In this document: one piece after another, positions 40,426-50,902 of the stretch
How positions within the stretch are numbered: position 1 is the first letter of the stretch
How the letters are laid out: every line of letters begins with the position of its first letter
Origin: Aplysia californica
Lineage: Eukaryota
DNA length: 64,000 nucleotides
Direction of reading: 5' to 3'
NCBI RefSeq assembly: GCF_000002075.1
Contig: NW_004797821.1
Coordinates: 176,604 to 240,603, forward strand
Notes under the pieces: model-generated
Database searches by the model: none
What the model was told of the DNA's origin: nothing
What the model saw: only the letters and a program-made list of their open reading frames with translations
Made by a program: the position numbers and the translations under genes

Positions 40426-40458
<33 letters not shown>

Positions 40459-40643
40459 ATATATGTATTTATATATGTTATGTATTGACAACTGTGAATT
40501 TATATATGTAAATATATTTGCCATTGTAAACCAAATTGCCCTTCCAGGATCAATAAAATTGTAATTTATTCTTTTTATTTTTATTTTTTCAAATCCGCAT
40601 ATATGGCGGTGTCTTCCACAAAGCAGGTCATGTGAGAACTCAC

Positions 40644-40792
40644 TCCCAGGAGAAGGTGTTGAACATCTCCCGTTCCTCCCTGCCCGTGTGAGCATTCCAG
40701 AGACACACCCGGCCGGACAGCGACGCCGTGTAGAACTTCTCTTCTTCCTCCGGGTGGAACTTCAGAGCTGACACAGAGCCTCCTGGACCCAG
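40644..40792 (-). CDS. DDB2: DDB2 coding exon 3 (LGPGGSVSALKFHPEEEEKFYTASLSG...)
   Basis: ccctag acceptor, gtgagt donor, 149 nt; matches GAGGSITGLKFNP...FYASS. Confidence 0.93.
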
Positions 40793-40930
40793 CTAGGGAA
40801 CCGGCAAAGACACAAGGAATACAGGTTATAATTCCTCTCCATATAAAAGAAGAACAAGTGCTGAAGAGAGACATTTAAGTATAGTTAGTCTGAGTAAAAA
40901 GAAGCACATCCACAAGAAACCATTTTTTGT

Positions 40931-41995
40931 AAGGAAGAGAAGAGAGCCAAGGATGATAGATGTAGGAGAAAAAAGGAAGAGAAGAGAGCCAAGGATGATA
41001 GATGTAGGAGAAAAAAGGAAGAGAAGAGAGCCAAGGATGATAGATGTAGGAGAAAAAAGGAAGAGAAGAGAGCCAAGGATGATAGATGTAGGAGAAAAAA
41101 GGAAGAGAAGAGAGCCAAGGATGATAGATGTAGGAGAAAAGAGGAAGAGAAGAGAGCCAAGGATGATAGATGTAGGAGAAAAAAGGAAGAGAAGAGAGCC
41201 AAGGATGATAGATGTAGGAGAAAAAAGGAAGAGAAGAGAGCCAAGGATGATAGATGTAGGAGAAAAAAGGAAGAGAAGAGAGCCAAGGATGATAGATGTA
41301 GGAGAAAAAAGGAAGAGAAGAGAGCCAAGGATGATAGATGTAGGAGAAAAAAGGAAGAGAAGAGAGCCAAGGATGATAGATGTAGGAGAAAAAAGGAAGA
41401 GAAGAGAGCCAAGGATGATAGATGTAGGAGAAAAAAGGAAGAGAAGAGAGCCAAGGATGATAGATGTAGGATAAAAAAAGGAAGAGAAGAGAGCCAAGGA
41501 TGATAGATGTAGGAGAAAAAAAGGAAGAGAAGAGAGCCAAGGATGATAGATGTAGGAGAAAAAAAGGAAGAGAAGAGAGCCAAGGATGATAGATGTAGGA
41601 GAAAAAAAGGAAGAGAAGAGAGCCAAGGATGATAGATGTAGGAGAAAAAAAGGAAGAGAAGAGAGCCAAGGATGATAGATGTAGGAGAAAAAAAGGAAGA
41701 GAAGAGAGCCAAGGATGATAGATGTAGGAGAAAAAAAGGAAGAGAAGAGAGCCAAGGATGATAGATTTTTTAGTAGAAAAAAGGAAGAGAAGAGAGCCAA
41801 GGATGATAGATGTAGGAGAAAAAAGGAAGAGAAGAGAGCCAAGGATGATAGATGTAGGAGAAAAAAGGAAGAGAAGAGAGCCAAGGATGATAGATGTAGG
41901 AGAAAAAAGGAAGAGAAGAGAGCCAAGATGATAGATGTAGGATAAAAAAAAGGAGCAAACCGTCAAATCACACAAGAGCAACTACGAACCACCCA
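40931..41995 (-). repeat. 42/43-bp minisatellite (~24 units) derived from family A
   Basis: Unit aaggaagagaagagagccaaggatgatagatgtaggagaaaa; the array ends in ggagcaaacc...cacaagagca...aaccaccc, the family A head. Confidence 0.85.
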
Positions 41996-42125
41996 TGTCA
42001 GTCCTTTAGTTCAGGGAAAATTCCAGAGAGATTGAAACAACCAAGGGCAAGAAAAGATCTTGGTGCTGAAATACTTAGATTGACACTGAAAAGTGCGTTA
42101 CCTTTTGCTTTAAATATAAACAACA

Positions 42126-42599
42126 AACAATGCAAGCACTTACAGCGTGTACGCAAGTTATTAGTAACAATGCAAGCACTTACAGCGTGTGTAAGTTATT
42201 AGTAACAATGCAAGCACTTACAGCGTGTGCGCAAGTTATTAGTAACAATGCAAGCACTTACAGCGTGTACGCAAGTTATTAGTAACAATGCAAGCACTTA
42301 CAGCGTGTGCGCAAGTTATTAGTAACAATGCAAGCACTTACAGCGTGTACGCAAGTTATTAGTAACAATGCAAGCACTTACAGCGTGTACGCAAGTTATT
42401 AGTAACAATGCAAGCACTTACAGCGTGTACGCAAGTTATTAGTAACAATGCAAGCACTTACAGCGTGTGCAAGTTATTAGTAACAATGCAAGCACTTACA
42501 GCGTGTGCAAGTTATTAGTAACAATGCAAGCACTTACAGCGTGTACGCAAGTTATTAGTAACAATGCAAGCACTTACAGCGTGTACGCAAGTTATTAGT
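42126..42599. repeat. 38-40-bp minisatellite (~12 units)
   Basis: aacaatgcaagcacttacagcgtgtacgcaagttattagt repeated. Confidence 0.95.
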
Positions 42600-43099
42600 T
42601 TCGTTCAGAGAACTAGTAACAAGGTTACAGTTCTTTGACTTTCAACGTATTTGCCAGATTTCTGAAACTGAAACTTTTTTGCTCTCCCTGTCGAGCTTTG
42701 ACCTAAATCATTATTTTACATCTAAAACCAGGCAACCCCTCCCACTTCAATTGTAAATATCTCGACTTCCGTTCAAGATAGCGGGGTATTTTTTTTCACA
42801 AAAAGTAGGACAAGGGAAACTTTAAGACAAATGAACAAACTTTAAGATGACACTCCACATGCCCATAAATTGTAGAGCAACTGATTCCACGCATCATGAC
42901 ACATATAAATATAGATCATCCTGGTCTAGTTGTTGAGTCCGATGGAGAAGAAAAAGAAGAAGATAAAACTAGAACTGATCAGTAGATTATCATTGACCAG
43001 CCAGAAAAAGGGAATGGGAATTGAAACATTTACGCATTTGAAAAAAAGTTTAGTCTACTATCTATCTTTTGCAGTTCATTTGAGGCTTCTATCATGTCT

Positions 43100-43274
43100 T
43101 TTTAGTTTTAGTAGAAGTTTTACGGCGCTCGCAACTGCATTAGGTCAAATGAGCGCCAGAAGATTAGAGGTGTTACAAGAGAGTAACAAACATAAAAAAG
43201 AAGAAGGGTAGATAAGGACGATAGATGTTCCATAGGAAAGAAGAAGCAAACCATACTAGAGCACCCACCAACCA
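43100..43274 (-). mobile_element. Family A copy
   Basis: Short TSD catgtct on both sides; full body and tail. Confidence 0.87.
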
Positions 43275-43419
43275 CATGTCTCAAAGGGTATGGGAGTTAT
43301 TTTCAGAAAAAGGATTTAGGCGGGACTGACTTCATAAATCGTATGACAGTAACATGTGATAATCACACACACACACACACACACGCACACACACACACAA
43401 CCATGGACAAGAGCCTCAC

Positions 43420-43632
43420 CCCATCTAGCCGACCAGTCTCCTCAAAGTAGGAACTGTGGTCCTCTCGGCCGACCCTGTAGAACACAACATCTCCGTGCTT
43501 GCTCCCCACTGTCACAAGGTTTGTCTGCTTTGGGTGCCAGTCGACCGTGGTCACACGTGTTTTAAACGGCTGATCTCCATTTACGATCTCAAAACTGTCA
43601 AGCCGAGAACTAATGTAAGTCTCTTCAACAGC
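43420..43632 (-). CDS. DDB2: DDB2 coding exon 2 (AVEETYISSRLDSF...PFKTRVTTVDWHPKQTNLVTVGSKHGDVV)
   Basis: ctcttag acceptor, gtgagg donor, 213 nt; aligns to human [28 protein letters not shown]. Confidence 0.93.
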
Positions 43633-44623
43633 CTAAGAGGGGGGGAAAAATTGTCTTTAGAAGAATATGTAAAATCTAGAAATGCAGACAAACTTTTTAA
43701 AATGTCTTTCACATAGCAAAACATTTCTGAAATATGACACCCACCCCACCCTCACCATATCAGAGGGGTCGTTTTTGCTTTAAAAGTTCCTCAGGCTTCA
43801 AACAAAAAAACCATCAACGGATTTATATTATGGAAAACCTAAAATTATAATTATAACTCATTTTTTCATCATTAATCACGCAGAGGTGCTGCTTAGCTAG
43901 GGGCAAAAAATCCAGAACTGTTCATGTTTAAACCCCGTGGAAACATGCTCAGGGACACAAAATGTACGGACCACCATTATTATAATTTTTTATGTACATT
44001 TTGTGTCAAGAAGTTAAAAAAATCTGGACGATTTCAGAAATTCAGATTTCCAGAAATTCTGTCGCACACATTGTCCCCTCTTGGCAAAGTGGCAATTTCA
44101 AGTAGTATTATTAGGAGGTCATGTGGTGAGGGCATACCATGTGATGTTCACTTTGCTTCCTTCCGATCAAAGAGAAATGAGTCATTTTATGGTTCATCTG
44201 TTTCTGACACTGGCCCAGGAACGACAGGTTACAGTTTGCCAATTTGGAACTCGCACTTGCAAGTACAATTATAGTTTACACAAGGAAAATTCGCCCCGGC
44301 ACTGTCGTCAGCATGCTATTAGCGGGAGACAACTGTGTCTTTACCATCGATATTTGTATTCTTGACTTTTTAATTCTAAAAATAATAACCCTTTCATTCA
44401 CTTTTTCATCACACAATAGCAAGAAGCAATTGAAGATCTTTTCTAAATCTGCATCTAAAACAATGTTAATGTTTAAAATGTTATCAAAGTTCAGAACAGG
44501 TTCAAGAACCCCCTTAAAGCAGTGAAACAAAACAATTCAAATGGCATTTTTAAGAAGAAATGTCGGTTGCTGAGTCGCCACGAAGGACTAAACGTCTCAG
44601 AAAGACATCTTGAACTACATTTT

Positions 44624-45020
44624 TTTTTTTTTGTAGAGGGTTTTACGGCGCTCACAACTGCATAAGATCATATGAGCGCCAAAGGGTGGGTGTCAACAGA
44701 GAAGTCTTTACAGGGAATCAGACTTAGACTGCTCACCTCTCTAGCTTCAACAGCACACGGTCTGTTTCGACTATCAAGGCACCCCGGAAATAGCAGGTCA
44801 CAAGAGAGTGACAAACATACAAAAGTAGAGGAAAATAAATGACAATAGTAAGGATCAGGAAAGAAAAAGCAGCAATTCCCTGTTGTAGATCAGGCACAGT
44901 TATGAGCGTGACATGAGTCAGCCCATTTACATTTCTACTATGCTTGAACCAGAAATGCCCCCCCCCCCCTTTGGAAATGGCCTAAAGACACTACAGTCAG
45001 TGGCACTGCCCTGGGGGGTG
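44624..45020 (-). mobile_element. Family B retroposon, full length, A-tailed
   Basis: TSD gaactacatttt at 44612-44623 and 45021-45032. Confidence 0.9.
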
Positions 45021-45194
45021 GAACTACATTTTAATCATAGAACATGATATAAACATGATGAACATAGACACTTCAAATCTAGTCATTTCTTCAAACAAAT
45101 GAGCTGCAACAGAAAACAAAAACACTTTTCCCAATAAAAAATTAAAAAAGGAATCTCCCCCCCTCAAAGGCAGGTTTCCCACATTTTTATGTAC

Positions 45195-45788
45195 CTGTCT
45201 GTTAAAATGACACATCCTTCCCATACTCAGGTTGTTCACGTAGTGGAAGACATTGGTGCTGGTGTCGTACACTTTGGGCCAATACGACGGTTTCACGTCT
45301 GCGACGGACAACGAACTGAACGGGTTCTTTTCCTTGGAGTCTTCAAATGTCAGAGAGAAATCATCAGGGGAATCCTTCAGCTTGAGTGAAGTCTCAGAAG
45401 ATGGCATCATCACATTGCCATTTGCATCATAACCAGAAGTCTGCAGTCTCTGCGCTGCATCTCCCTGATTGCTTGAAGTTTCTACACAAGTATTACACTC
45501 TGTGGATACCACGCTTTTTGATTCTTTCCCTCCCTTTTTACCTCCACTTCGCCTCGATAGTCGCCGGGTTTCCCCAGAACCAGAAACACAACCTTCTGTC
45601 TCATCCTTTTGTTTTCTGGTCTTCATGTTCTGACCTCCAACACTTCTGCTGCGTGGTGTATTAGAAGCGACCGCATTTTTTGGAAGCGAGGTAACAAAGA
45701 CCGTCTCACTGCTGCAAGGAGCATCGTCCGTCTTGCAAGGAGCATCGTCCGTCTTGCCAGGGACTCTTCGAGATGATCTTCTCGTCAT
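45195..45788 (-). CDS. DDB2: DDB2 coding exon 1: long basic/low-complexity N-terminus ending in the DDB1-binding helix region (TNVFHYVNNLSMGR)
   Basis: Minus-strand acceptor ttttcag before 45821, ATG at 45788, donor gtacat at 45194; 594 nt, phase 0 into the next exon. The start codon is inferred. Confidence 0.8.
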
Positions 45789-46295
45789 CTCTTTTCTCGT
45801 CCACGATACAATATGGTGGTACTGAAAAGAAATTCCAAACCAGTAAAGTTTATGGAACAAACAATACACAAAGGTACCATTATTTTTTCAAGTGACACAT
45901 CCTTCCCATACTTTACAAGTTTGTAAGCAAATGCTACATTTGCAACAGGTCATAACCCTTTTAAGGCCTTTTCTTTGTTCATTTTTATCCATCTTACACA
46001 ACGAATACTGACTTTTTAATATAAAACTATTTGTTGCAAATTAAGTTTTTAAAATATTCGATGGCTTTTATTCAAACTAGGCTACATCACACTCTAGTGT
46101 ATAGTGTAGGTCTGGTAACTTCGACCACGGATTTCAGGCGAAAAATAGTTCGGGGTGGCATGCGCCCCTGTTTTTCTATTTTTGATGCTTTGCAACTAGG
46201 TATGAAATCTTGAAAATAATTGATTTGCAAGTTTCAGTGGCCATATCATTAAAACTTAAATGATCTGGAGTCTGCAGGAAAAAAAATATATGGCC

Positions 46296-46855
46296 ACCTC
46301 TATTCTCACCCCGGGTGAGAATAGCGCAGGCGAGTCTTTTAGCTATTCTCACCCGGTGCGCGTTCACCGTTAGAGCCTAGATCTAGGCCAACCAATTTTG
46401 CGTTCACCCTGAACCACAGAATTCTACACTGTGATAAAGGAAAAATTGTAGAATTCTGTGCCGTGAACAAACGTTCCATTACTACTGTTCTGTTAGCCTA
46501 AAAGCGTACAATTTTGTCTGTGGGCAGTGGAGAGAGAGAGAGAAAGAGAGAGGAGTAGCGCGCGAACTTCCGGGCAAAACAAAATGGCGACCCGCGTAGT
46601 CCGGCTCGATTCAAAAAGTGAAATAGCCATAGTATCTTTGTAGACGATCAAATTAGCTTACTTTTGTGCTATTATAACGTAATTTTTTCTTTGCTTTTAT
46701 CAATTTGATCATCCACACCGATAGAAAGTACATTCCGAAATTAGGAAAAACAGGTCTTGTTTCACACCAGGTGAGAATAGCCTACGGTGGCAAGTCTCAC
46801 CCGGGGTGAGAGGTCAATTGTATTTTTATTCTCACCCCGGGTGAGGATAGCCACT
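46296..46855. mobile_element. Element with terminal palindromes (ctattctcaccccgggtgagaatag)
   Basis: Palindrome and half-sites clustered at both ends; superfamily unassigned. Confidence 0.55.
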
Positions 46856-48002
46856 TCCAAAAAACCCCCCCCCAAAACTGCAGTTTGACCATCAACCTCT
46901 AAGTAGTCCATTTGCCTCTGTGAGGCAGTGAAAGTTAAGTTACCCTCAAAACTTCAGTCTTACTCATCTACAGAGCTAACAATGTAACATGACCAACTAC
47001 GTCTTATTCTAATTATCTAAATGTACATCTCTCCGCAATCTCCGAGTTAGAGGAGGGCGATTTGGGGTTGTTTTTCCCCGGTAACAGCAGATTGATGTGA
47101 TTTTTTCTAGTGGTTCCAACCCCTAGCCGGTATCATGATTACATGCGGTGATTAGCGCTTAGTCCATTCCATAGGAATTAACACAAAATTGTAGCGATAT
47201 CACCCCAGCAGACATTTATGCCAGAATTTCACAAAATTAGTAGAATCTTTCTTTGAAGGGCCTTTTTCTTATACCAGGCTCCGTGTTATTTACCCTTAGA
47301 TCTAGCCTACATGGACAACAAAACAACGATTTTTGCAAGAATTTCGCGGAGGGAAGGACTTCAGTAATGAGCGACCACCCCATCAAACACAATAAAGAAG
47401 AGGTCTAACCCTAACCCTACCCCAAACCCTAACCCTACCCCAAACCCTAAACCTACCCCTCAATTCGGCACTTTTTCGTCTGTTACCCCAGGCCGGGCCT
47501 GGCCGCCATCTTGGATCGGTAGTAATCGGGCGGTGTTTCCACCTGTTCTGTTCAGTAATCGATAGGCCTTTAGAGTCGAGCATCGTCGTCTTGGCCTAGC
47601 CCTAGATTGTTTGGACATAATGCTGTTTGTTGTTAATGACTTTGTTAACGTTGTTTTGTTGTTTGACTTTGTTAACGTTGTGTTGTTGTGTAGGACCTCC
47701 TGACGCTACCGCGCCCTTCTGTGAATAAAATTATAAGACTACTAGTACTACTAGTTACTAGATCTAACATTCATTTATTACGATCGTCACAATCACATTC
47801 CAGATCCCTCNNNNNNNNNNNNNNNNNNNNNNNNNNNNNNNNNNNNNNNNNNNNNNNNNNNNNNNNNNNNNNNNNNNNNNNNNNNNNNNNNNNNNNNNNN
47901 NNNNNNNNNNNNNNNNNNNNNNNNNNNNNNNNNNNNNNNNNNNNNNNNNNNNNNNNNNNNNNNNNNNNNNNNNNNNNNNNNNNNNNNNNAAAGAGGGATC
48001 GA

Positions 48003-48042
<40 letters not shown>

Positions 48043-48906
48043 CGAGAGAGACAAATTATTANNNNNNNNNNNNNNNNNNNNNNNNNNNNNNNNNNNNNNN
48101 NNNNNNNNNNNNNNNNNNNNNNNNNNNNNNNNNNNNNNNNNNNNNNNNNNNNNNNNNNNNNNNNNNNNNNNNNNNNNNNNNNNNNNNNNNNNNNNNNNNN
48201 NNNNNNNNNNNNNNNNNNNNNNNNNNNNNNNNNNNNNNNNNNNNNNNNNNNNNNNNNNNNNNNNNNNNNNNNNNNNNNNNNNNNNNNNNNNNNNNNNNNN
48301 NNNNNNNCAAAGATAATTAAAAGAGAGACAGACATAATTAAGGAGAGAGAGGGGGTGGAGGGAGAAAGAGATTAAAAGGGAGACAGTTAAAAGTAAAAGA
48401 GGGCGAGAGAGAGAGAGAGATACTGATAGAGAGACAGATGATTTAAAGANNNNNNNNNNNNNNNNNNNNNNNNNNNNNNNNNNNNNNNNNNNNNNNNNNN
48501 NNNNNNNNNNNNNNNNNNNNNNNNNNNNNNNNNNNNNNNNNNNNNNNNNNNNNNNNNNNNNNNNNNNNNNNNNNNNNNNNNNNNNNNNNTTCAAAGATGA
48601 TTAAAAGAGGGACAGACATAAATGAAATGAAGAAATGCATACCGGTACCATTAACATTTTATTGAACTTCGATAATTATGATGTTTTTGTTTTCACATAC
48701 ACACCCACACACATATATTTATACAAATAATCACACAATATACACACACACTTGCACACACACACACACATATATATACATGATATATATATATACACAT
48801 ACATATATTTATATATATGTATATAATATATATATAACACATAATACACACAAACACTCACACACATACATAAAAGGGTACATAAAATAACACTAGCATA
48901 TTTTTT

Positions 48907-49922
48907 TTACAGTGAGTACATACCCATGTGAGTCAGCAGGTTTTCAAAAGGGTTATTGTTAAATTGCTGCCTCCACATAAATTCAATTAGATAGGAATCG
49001 AGCTGGGTTCTGAAAGTGCCACACTCTCACTTGTTTCTCTGCTTTGCCCGACTCCACATGGATTCCACGTGGTTGGTGGTTGCGTGGGTGTGAGGGTCCA
49101 CAAAGTGGAGGCTGTGGTTAACGGTTAAATGTTGATATCCGAGAGTGTGGACAGTGTTGTACGCTGCCCATAGATCAGATACGACAGTTGTTCCGGGCAG
49201 AACGTAACGTTGCAGAATTGGTAGAAGGGTTGCTGCATCACGTTGGGGAACTGCTACAAGAAATCCCGGCTTCGTATGCACGTCAATGCCACCGAAAACC
49301 CATTGAGTGTTCACTCTCCTTCCGACATTGCCTTTTCTCTTTACGAAGGCAGATTCATCAGTTTCAACCACGTGGCCAGGGCCACCAATGGTCAAAGGGT
49401 GTCGGATGAAGTATTCGGCAAAAATGTCTCGCACATAGTTTCTCCAGTTTACGATCGCTTCTGAAGCCATCCTGCATTCCCTGGCCAAGTTCTGGACCCA
49501 TGCGGTTTCGTAGGCATAGCAGTAGAGCAAGTCCAGAACATGCTTAAAAGCTCCAGTTTCGAATCTGTACCTAAAAAGCTCCCATCCCTGATCGATACAT
49601 CCTTTCTGCAGGCTCTATAAACTCTATTCTGGCACTTCCACTTCCACCCATCACTTCTCTTGCCATCCCAAATCTGGTTGGTGGCATGCACATTTGTTTC
49701 GGATTTCGTTGAGCCGCTCACAGCGGTCGAAAGGACGAAGCGAAAAATCTTAGAGCCACTGTCAGCGGCCGAATGGACGGAACCAGTTAAAACCAATCAA
49801 CCATGATGATGTTACTATAATAGTAGATTACAAAAACGGCGCGGGTTGGGCAGTTTAGAGGGCTGTTTCGTGTACACAAAGTTAGGCTGGCGAAAATGGG
49901 TTCGGAATTGGGACAGTTTACC
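48907..49922 (-). mobile_element. Merlin / IS1595(ISXO2)-type transposase pseudogene with left terminus
   Basis: VETDES..KRK.NVGR...QWVFGG, RDAATL, VVSDLWAAY, HLTVNHS..FVDP, TNHVESMW and DSYLIEFMWR motifs; internal stop and frameshifts; GG-starting terminus at 49922. Confidence 0.88.
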
Positions 49923-50825
49923 CTAATTGTTGGAGTGTCTTGTATCTCCAAATGGGACCGCAATTGTCATTGTATGATGATTGTAGTACACTGGGTTGAC
50001 CGAGTGCTGCCAACAAACGGTAAGGCAATTTCCAAAGAGCACCTAGAATCTAGATCTAAATCTAGATTCTAGATCTAGATCACATGTTAGAATAACTTGG
50101 ATGTAACAAAATCATTAGAATATAATTTAATTTAGAGAGGCGGTTTACCTTGTTTTCGATTGATGGCTGAGAGGAAGGGAAGAAGGAAGGCTCAACTAAA
50201 AGAAGTGGGCGGTAAACAGCTCGTTCCGCGAAAATCTAGATTTATTGTCTGATAAGAAGTCTCTCACCGTGACCAGCGATTCTTCTAAAGGCTAGACTCT
50301 AGTCTAGACTTGGTCACGCATTGATGTGTTGATGCAACACAAGTTTTCACAAGTCTGCGAAGTGCTAAGCCACAAGGACAGGGTCAACAACGACCAATAC
50401 TGGCTTGGCAATTGGCCGGACAGGCCAGGAGGCCGTTACTCGGAGCCGGATCTGCCAGTGGTTTGTCCAGAAGGACAGTCAAAATCATATGAAACGCTAG
50501 GCCTATTCAGTTTTCGAGTTTTTGACAGTGTTTTTTACTACTGTGTGGACGATATATAATCTCATTATGATTTTGATCAGTTATGAATGAAAAATCTGTG
50601 CCAAATAAAAAAATTAAAAGCATAATAGACTAAATCAATGTGTCATTTATACAACCTGTTTATTGCAAGAAAAGGCCAGTGTGGCAGTAGCCTACACTGT
50701 TGCGTAAACGAAAGTAGAATCTTATTCCAGAATTTGAAATGCTGCCAATCGAACTTTTAGCCTACAACTACACGATCTTTGCGTTCAGTAGACCAATATC
50801 AAATTGATGACACCCCCCCCCCCCT

Positions 50826-50902
<77 letters not shown>

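Noticed and set aside
40826-41981. Long ORFs (173-368 aa) on both strands
   Set aside because: By-products of a stop-poor 42-bp tandem unit inside a DDB2 intron; no splice or homology support.
42126-42599. CRISPR-like array (also 60086-60344 and 30861-31259)
   Set aside because: Head-to-tail units with no unique spacers, no cas genes, eukaryotic intron context.
44890-45020. HDV-like ribozyme at the family B 5' end
   Set aside because: One hairpin (catttct/agaaatg) is present, but I could not assemble the nested double pseudoknot or place the catalytic C by eye.
47405-47460. Telomeric repeat
   Set aside because: Short, degenerate, interstitial (ccctaa/cccaaa) tract, probably part of a small repeat element.
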